NCBI RefSeq assembly: GCF_016432865.1
Contig: NC_067401.1
Coordinates: 185,318,001 to 185,382,000 of the forward strand
Reading direction: 5' to 3'
DNA: 64,000 nt
Origin: Antechinus flavipes
Lineage: Eukaryota
The notes under the pieces are model-generated. The model was not told the origin of the DNA and did no database searches. It saw only the letters and a program-made list of their open reading frames with translations. Shown one piece after another: positions 56,203 through 64,000 of this stretch; position 1 is the stretch's first letter, and every line of letters begins with the position of its first letter. The translations under genes were made by a program, and so were the position numbers.

Positions 56203-58297
56203 GACTAGCCTGAGGACCCTGCCAGCAGCTGTGTGTCACAATAGAGGGTAACGGAGTGGGGGGAGGGTGAGGAATGGGAGAGATAGAAAGGAGGAAGAAA
56301 GTTACGCAAGAGAAAAGTAAAAGGGAACTTGAGAAAAGAGGGAGGAGGAAAAGAAATATCGTCCTATTTCTCAGGTGCCCCCAAAATTGGATCTCCTGAT
56401 CACCTTAAGATCAAACTTCCCCCTCCACCTCATTCACAACTCCAAGAGAAAGAATGGGTTTCAGTCTCCCAGGCAATGGAAGGTTGGCTGCCAAGAGACA
56501 CATCATACAGCAATACCCAGGGAAAGTGGACTGAAGGGGGAGGGACAGACTGAAGAGGGTGGGAGCAGCCTAGAGATGGGGGAGGGAAACTTAGAAAAGA
56601 GTTTTATGGATAGATGGAATCCCTTGTTTAAGCAATGGGGAAAACAACTTTTATGGGCCAAGGGAAGAGATTAGGTGGGGATAAATTTAAATTTTGGGTT
56701 GGGAAGGTGAATAGCAGGCAGAGGGGGAAGGTCAGAACTTAAGAGCAATAAACTGGCCCAAGCTCTGGGGTTATGGCTAGGACCAGGGTGTGTTAGAACA
56801 TGTCCTGTTACTCCCTGTGCTGAACTTGGCAAGCAATTGACTTCCTGTTTCCAGAGAAAAGTTCTTATATGAGATTACCAGAAAGAAACAACATTGAAAT
56901 AGCTTAACCAAAATTTCCCTCCACTGGACAAGGTGATCAGTCTTCCCAAGTGTATTCCTAGGTTGGCTTGTTTACTGATTTGATTCCCCCCATCCCACTT
57001 CACCTCACCTCATCCTATCTCTATTCTATACCAAAAAAATTTCTCCCTGTGCTCCATATCTAATGCATGTACTATGAGTGGCCAGAAGGAAGTCTCTGCC
57101 CCACCTAGTCCAAGGGATTTCCCCTTCCAGGTAGAAAATGAAGCTTACTAGGTAAATGAAGCAAAGTTTTGTATCTTGGTCAGAGGCTTAATTTCTGTTT
57201 CATAGTTTGGGTTTTATGTAATGGAAAGTGCTCTGGACTTAGAATTGGAAGACCTGCCATTTATTTACTACATGACTCTAGAAAGTCACAATCCTTTATG
57301 GCTTCATTTATAAAATGAAGGGATTGGACTAGATGATCTAAAAAGTCCCTTTTAACTCAAATCCTATGATCCTCACTTCAGGCAGCATAGTTTCTGTTCC
57401 TACTTAGGATTTAGAACCACCCACACCTCTACCCCTTCCAACTCCTCCAACCTTCAGGAATCCATATGTCCTCCCCCTTCCCTCCAAAGCACCCAATTCT
57501 CTTTAAACCTCATTCCCTTCAAGTACTATTCTGATCCCTAAACCTCCCCTCCCACCCCTACCCTGTCAAACACAGGCTGTCATTTTACCTTTTTAATATC
57601 CATTATCAACAATTCATTTCAATAATAAAAATAACTTTTTTTAAAAATCCACAGGGATTTTATCAAGGAAGAGAGTAATCTTTATCTTCTACCCATCAAT
57701 TATGGAACCCACCCTACCTCCCCACAAATCTCCTTAGCTTTCCCCCACCCCATTCCAGTCTCTCTGCTTTTCTGGTCCAGTACCCCTTTGTTGAGAAGTA
57801 GGTCTTCCAGGGCCCCATCCAGGCATTTAGGCTTTTCCAGACACATTGTTTCCATGAGGAAGGCAACATAAAATAAAAGGTTAAGGGATCCAAAACTGGA
57901 ACCAAGGGGTAGAAATATGGGAGAAAGAGGGAAGAAGTATGAGTTAGTGGATCAATGGAGGACCAGAACTGAGCAGTAGAGATAAGGAAAGGGGGAGGAG
58001 GTCTTGGAGAAAGGAAAAAGACAGGGGAGATCAGTGGTAGGATAAATGTTGAGAATGCTTTGGGGGTAATTGATAAGGATATGGACACAAATTAATTATT
58101 GAAAGCCTAGAGATGGGAGAATCTGAATTATAAGAACTAACGGCTAGGAAGGGCATTGCTATGAGGAATTATGAGAGGGAAAGACAAAGCTATAGAGCTT
58201 GATAAGAGAACAGCAGTGTTATTTGGGGGAGGACAAGAAGAAGGAAGGATAAAGTTTTGCCTGAAGTCTAGGAAAGCAGTCTTGGGATTAAGGAGTA

Positions 58298-58873
58298 TCA
58301 CTGCACTTGAAAAAGTCCAAAGTAGGTAAGGAAGGGGGCAGCCTTGAGGTGTGCTGAAGGGAGAGTTCGGATCTTCAGGGAGACTCCTGGTCGAAGGAGC
58401 AGTAGCCCTGACACTTGGCAGAGCCTGAGTTGTGGGCCTGGAGAGCTGGCTGCTGTAGCTGAGAACTCTTCCAGGCAGCGCAGAGCCAAAGAACCATCCA
58501 CAAGCAAGTCCAGCTTCAGGTAAACTGCCTTCCCCTCATCAAAGTGTACCTAGGAAGAGATATAAGAAGACAAAGAGTGCAGATGCAATCCAGACCTTAA
58601 GCTTCCTATGAGGTCTCCCTCCACCTGAGCATTACAGCAACTTGGGCATTGTTCCCATGATTTCATTCTTTTTCTGTCTTTGGCTTCTTCCTTCCCTTCC
58701 CTGCCCATCATTTTCATCTTAAGTTTTGGTTCCCATAAGGGATCTCACCTGACAGTACAGATAGTAGAGGCCAGCCCTGGTCACTGTAAATTCTGCACTC
58801 TTGGCATCATATCTCAGTGGACTGGTGCTATTGATCTTGGCCTCCTCCCAGCCACTCACTGTCCCATCCATAC
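58298..58873 (-). CDS. TNFSF12: TNF superfamily member 12 (TWEAK), last two exons only; 5' exons not found in window
   Basis: Exons (-) 58873-58749 (GMDGTVSGWEEAKINSTSPLRY...AGLYYLYCQ) and 58549-58298 (VHFDEGKAVYLKLDLLVDG...FLTYFGLFQVQ*). Likely polyA signal ATTAAA at 57597-57592. Confidence 0.94.
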
Positions 58874-59469
58874 CTAGATAAAGATACATACTTGATAGGT
58901 TAGGGGAGGAGAGAGAGAGGATCCTTTCATAGGCTTTAACCATCTTTCTCTTATACTCCCAAAAATAATTGATAAGATTCAGTCCATAATATGCAGAGAC
59001 CTATACAAAAAGAAAGATTCCACACAAAAATCTTCAGCCTTGGAATCTCAAAATACATTTCTATTTTTTGTGGAATTTATTCTAGAGTTGGGAAATTAAA
59101 TCATATAGGAGGAAATGACAAAACCACTATTAGCAAGGATAAAATGACACAATTTTAATGCAAGATAAATATGTAGCAATAGAATTTTTTTTAACCCAAA
59201 ACAAGGCTAATCAGGGAAGGTTTCTTGGAGGATGTGAATTTTGAACTGGGTTTTGAAGGAGTGGAATGACAGGATGACATAGAGTAGTAGAAAAAGAGGA
59301 ATTGGGGTAAGCCATTACTAGTAGGATCTTGAAGATTGGACTGAAGTGTTTGGATTGGACACAAAGGACAATGTTCAGAAATATTTATAACTTACCATAT
59401 GTTTCACAATGTGCTATATGTAATACAAATGAAAGAAATGGAAAAGTGCATGTGTATACAAAAATATAG

Positions 59470-59720
59470 TAGCTTTTTTTCATAATAGCCCCAAAGTGTA
59501 AATAACAGAAGTGTCCAGTTATTAGGTAATAATGGCTAAACAAATTACCACATCTGAATGTAATGGAATAATATTGTACTATAAGAAATGATAAACCATT
59601 TCAGAAGAAATTGAGCCCTCTTTGAACTGATGCAGAATGAAGAACTAAAAACAAATTTATACAAAGACAATAATATTAAAAAGAAATGGTCATGTTGAGT
59701 TTAATATAACTACAGGATAA
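59470..59720 (+). mobile_element. Old L1 ORF2 3'-end fragment
   Basis: TTCATAATAGCCCCAAA...GAAGTGTCCA...TGGCTAAACAAATT...AATGGAATAATATTGT...ATAAGAAATGAT, a degenerate L1 3' signature. Confidence 0.55.
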
Positions 59721-59809
59721 CCAGTGTAAAATATTCAAAAAGTAGGTGGTGATTATGGAACTGGAGCTCAGGAAAGAGACTAAGGCTGGCTAGAATCATC
59801 TACATATGG

Positions 59810-59955
59810 GAAGCTAGATGCTGCAGTGGATAGAGCATTAGCCATGAAGTCAAGAAGACCTGAGTTCATATCCAGCCTCAGACACTTAACACTTATTAGC
59901 TTGTGTGCTCCTAGGCAAGTCATTTAATCCCCATTGCCTCACAAGAAAAGAAAAA
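59810..59955 (+). mobile_element. Marsupial SINE (same family as 62296)
   Basis: CAGTGGATAGAGCA...GACCTGAGTTC...CCTCAGACACTTAACACTT...GGCAAGTCATTTAATCCCCATTGCCTC plus A-rich tail. Confidence 0.75.
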
Positions 59956-62295
59956 GAATCATCTATGTAGAGATGAACCCATGAACCTCAAGATCCTCAA
60001 GTGAGATAGTATGGAGAGAATAAGAGGTCCCAGGACAGAATTCTGGGGGACATATTGTTGGTTTGATCTGGAAAAAGATCCTGCTAAAGAGCCTTGAGGA
60101 ATGATTAGTCAGGCAGGAGAATCAAGAAAACACAGTGTAATTAAAAACCTAAGATGGAAAGAGTAGCCAGGAGGAGAAGGTAAACAAGTATCAACTGCTA
60201 TAGAGAAATATGAGAATTGAGAAAAGATCATTAGATTCAACAATTAAGGGATCACAGGTAACTTCTAAGAACAGTTTCATCAAAATGAAGAAGTCAGAAA
60301 CTAGATTGAAGAAAGTTTGTTTAAAAAATGAAAATAAGTGGAAGCATAAAGTACAAAGTTTTTCAATGAGTTTAGCTGAGAATGGAATAAGAAATAAAGC
60401 ATAACAACCAGCAAGAATGGTAAAATCAAGAAGTTGGGTCTTTTTTTTAAAGGATGGTATAAGATATAAGAATGTGAGCAAAAGGGAGAGTCAAAATATA
60501 GAGATTAAAGATTAGAAAGTAGAGGTGAGAGTAGGGAACCATCTGCTGGAGAAGATAGGAGAAGATATTATCGAAGATGCATGTTGAAAGATTGGAATTA
60601 GGAGAAAGGCCATCATTGGAGTGAAAGACAGTAGAGAACAATATCATACAGATATGAAATGAAAAAGGATAGTATAGAGTTAAACTGGTATGTATATCAA
60701 AGGATTGAAACTGGGAAGATTGTAACCAATGTAGGGATGATGACCTGAGAAAATAATAAAGAGTGGAAGTCCTGGTAGGGATAAAGAAAAGAGTTAATAA
60801 TCATGAAACATAAGGAAAGGGAGAATGATTTTTAAAATTTCATGAACAGGAAGTGGAATACTTTTCTGAGTCATGGCAAAACCAAGAGTATATAGGAATA
60901 ACTGAGTGAAATGGAGTAGATCATGAAAATTAAGTAGAATGAGGAACTAGGAACTAGTAGAAGAATTATCCACTATATCACTTGGGCAGTAGTACAGAAT
61001 AGATAATAGTGGATGGGGAGTCAGGAAGACCTGATAACAAATTTACTCTCAGACATTAAGTAAATGTATGACCCTAGTCAAGTCATTTTAAACCTCTATC
61101 TGCCTCAGTTTTCTCATATGTAAAATGAGGATAATAATAGCACTTACCTCAAAAGATTGTTATAAAGTCTGATAATATTTATAGCGCAATATAACTAGAA
61201 AGTTAGATTCTTTGAAGTAAACTCAATATTGAAGGCCTCTAGTATGAGGAACAGTTGGGACTTGAGTTGGACCTTGAAAGATGAATGAGAAAAAGGAAGA
61301 GGAAAGCAGGGCAAGTTAATGAGGAGAAAAGCATGAGCAAAAACTTAAAGTTGGATGAGAATGGCATGTCAAAGGGCAGCCTAAAAAATCTACCAAGCCA
61401 GAACAATGGTGCTCTTGAGAAACCACTACAGATTCATGAGTGACATAAAAGTAATTCTAATAGTTTTATGTTTTCGAGAGGCAGATCACGTCACCAAATC
61501 ACATTAAGAATATCTTTGAATAGTATTCAATACAACAGTCTTTATTAAATAATTTGTGCAAAGGCTGGGATATAGTGGAAAGAGCCATAGATGAAATCAG
61601 AAGAAACAAGTTTAAATTTAAATGGAAATCTTCCTCTCTACTTAATAAACTTGAGTTTATTAACCCCCTCATTTATAAACTATAGTGCTAACTTCACAAG
61701 ATTTTTGTGAGTTCCAATGAGGCTATATAAGCAAAATGCTTTGCAAATTTTAAGGTGCTATATGTTTGTTATTATACATTTTCAGTCATGTCCAAATCTT
61801 TCCATTTGAAGTTTTCTTGGCAAAGCTGTTAAAAAGTTTGTCCTTTTCTCCTTCAACTCAGATAAGGAAACTGAAATAAACAGGGTTAAGTGTCTTAGTC
61901 AGGGTCACACAGCTACTAAGTGGCCAAAGCCAGATCTGAATTTAGGAAGATGAATCTTTGTGATGCCAGGCCCAAAAGTTTGTGCTGCATCACAAAGCTG
62001 CCCCATTTTTAGTATTACTAATCTACATCATTGGCCATCTTCTCCAGGACCCTCTCAATTTCTTTCTTTCATGCCTCTCATGCCCTTCAACTCCCTGGGC
62101 CTGGAAGAGGAGTTGATTTTCTCCTTGCTTCTCAATGCAACTTCCAGACCATTTTTCGAGTCATCATCATTCCACAACTTCTTCTCCCTTGAAGTTCAGA
62201 CCGTTCATCTTTATCACCTGAAATAATTCCGTTTCAATTATTGGTAATCTATCTTCAGATCATTATCCTTTCTTTTGCAAAAAATATAGTACTTT

Positions 62296-62443
62296 GGGGC
62301 AGCTATGGCTAGATAGAGCACCAGCCCAGAAGTCAGAAGGACCTGGGTCCAAATCTGGCCTCAGACACTTAATATTTCCTAGCTGTGTGACCCTGGGCAA
62401 ATCACTTAACCCCAACTGCCTTAGCAAAAAGCAAAAAAAAAAA
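62296..62443 (+). mobile_element. Marsupial tRNA/CORE-derived SINE (WSINE1/SINE1-like)
   Basis: GGGGCAGCTA...ATAGAGCACCAGCC...GACCTGGGTCCAAATCTGGCCTCAGACACTTAA...CTGTGTGACCCTGGGCAAATCACTTAACCCC plus A tail. Confidence 0.8.
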
Positions 62444-62741
62444 GTATAGTTCCTGCTCTACAATCTTCTTTCCCACTTTAAAAGTGGTCCTCAAACTTTA
62501 GGACTTCAATTTGCAAAAAGGTATTTCCTTTAATATTTTGACATCCTAGTTTATCAGCTTTGCTAGCTCCCATTACTTACATCTTCACCTTACTCACCCA
62601 CAGAGATAACTACAACTTAGATCCCTCCTTATCCTTCAAATAAATGAATTTTTCTAGCTGTGTGATCCTTAGAAAGTCATTTAACCTCTAAAATTTTTTT
62701 TCATAATCTTCTATTCTTCTATTTTAGGCCCTGTTTTACTT

Positions 62742-62819
62742 TTTTTTTTTTTTTTTTAATAACTTTTTATTGATAGAACCCGTGCCAGGGTAATTTTTTA
62801 CAGCATTATTCCTTGCATT
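62742..62819 (-). mobile_element. Extremely truncated (about 78 bp) L1 3' tip with TSD
   Basis: Poly(T) plus AATAACTTTTTATTGA...GGTAATTTTT as in the longer L1 copies; 11-bp TSD CTGTTTTACTT at 62731-62741 and 62820-62830. Confidence 0.85.
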
Positions 62820-63353
62820 CTGTTTTACTTCTTTTAAGTCTATTCTTTGTACTTACCATAACCTTTCACTCCATCTTGTTCTGTCAGTCTCTCACCCCTG
62901 CTCTGTTCTCATTTTCTTCCATTTTCAAATGTGATATGTGATTGACTAGCTTAAGTATGCATTATTATCTATTCTGAAATCTCTTGCCACTTCAGCCAGT
63001 TACTGCTCAGACCTTATCAAACTTCGATCTTGGATTAATTTTACTAGCAACTGGGTCCAATACAAGTTCCGTACCCTTTGTACTTGTAACTGCACCCTCA
63101 TTGCTTCAGAGCAATTTTTATTCTTCTCCAATTGACTCTGTCACACTTCCCAAAGGGGTTATTCATATCTTCTCCTCTTTCCTCAAGTTCCCTAAATCAC
63201 TCCTTCATCTTTTTCAGCAAAGAACTTCCCCTCCTACTTTATTGGGAAAAAAAATTATTTCTCATGAGCACTCTCTTATTAACTTTATATTTGGGGGAAC
63301 TACTCTCGATGGAAAATCTCTAAAGTCTCTCTCTTGAAGCACCATCTTTAGAC

Positions 63354-63736
63354 CATAGCTTCTTAAATTGTAGGTCACAACCCTATATGGCGTCAAGTAA
63401 GTGAATATAGAGGTGTCACAAAAAACTTGGTAAGAGTAAAAGGTAATCAAATATTTCAGGATTTAATTCTTTATAAAAAAAATTAAAAAGTACTTCTATT
63501 TCATTAGTATGCAAATAAGTTTTCATCTGTTTCATTAATATGCAAATTTACTTTCTTCTCTAGTAAATGGTAAAAGTATACATACCAAAGAATTGTTTTA
63601 AAATAAATTTCTTTATGATTTATTATTAGTAAACATTTGATTTTTATACCTATTTTATATAACTGTATTCTGGGGGTCAAATAAAAGTTTTTCCAGTAAA
63701 AAGGGGTAGTGGCTGGAAAAAGTTTAAGAAACTCTG
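63354..63736. mobile_element. Non-autonomous hAT (Charlie-like) DNA transposon / MITE
   Basis: Imperfect TIRs CATAGCTTCTTAAATT and (reverse complement) CAGAGTTTCTTAAACT; 8-bp TSD CTTTAGAC / CCTTAGAC with central TA. Confidence 0.75.
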
Positions 63737-64000
63737 CCTTAGACCTAAAGAAGGCTGGATAAGGGTATAGGCTGCCCTCTTTTTAACCTGCTCCTTTGGC
63801 CTGTCTCTCCTAGGAAATTCAGGAAGTTAGGAGTGGGCGGTGGGGAACGAGATTCCTCTGTGCATTGACAGTTGCCAATGATCACTCAAATTGCAAAGTT
63901 TGATGGTTTCATCTCAGTAGCTTTTAATACAGTCACTACCTCACTCTTCCTATGTACTCACTCTTCACTAAGCTTCTGTGATATTATTCTTTCCTGGTTT

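Noticed and set aside
62031-62052. PGEDGQ-like peptide as a possible TWEAK exon 5
   Set aside because: No pyrimidine tract or acceptor upstream, followed by a stop, and no donor.

Overview
Mammalian genomic DNA, inferred to be marsupial and probably dasyurid from the L1 3' ends and SINE types. It is syntenic with human 17p13.1 in reverse orientation. Gene order: FXR2 (+, 17 coding exons, 668 aa); a disrupted SOX15 (+, pseudogene); MPDU1 (-, 7 exons, 248 aa); CD68 (-, 6 exons, 321 aa); EIF4A1 (-, 11 exons, 406 aa, hosting SNORD10 and SNORA48); SENP3 (-, 10 coding exons, 572 aa); TNFSF13/APRIL (-, 6 exons, 244 aa); and the last two exons of TNFSF12/TWEAK (-). All exons were built by hand from GT-AG sites and sum to intact frames, except SOX15. 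Main leads: (1) SOX15 has a destroyed HMG box while its CpG-rich promoter, splice sites and exon 2 persist. (2) FXR2 has an AUG-free, in-frame GUG-initiated N-terminal extension carrying Gly/Ala triplet expansions. (3) The snoRNA cargo of EIF4A1 appears rearranged. (4) A TATA promoter points antisense out of MPDU1 intron 1 toward an unexplained 1 kb segment. Comparisons with human sequences are from memory and need database confirmation.
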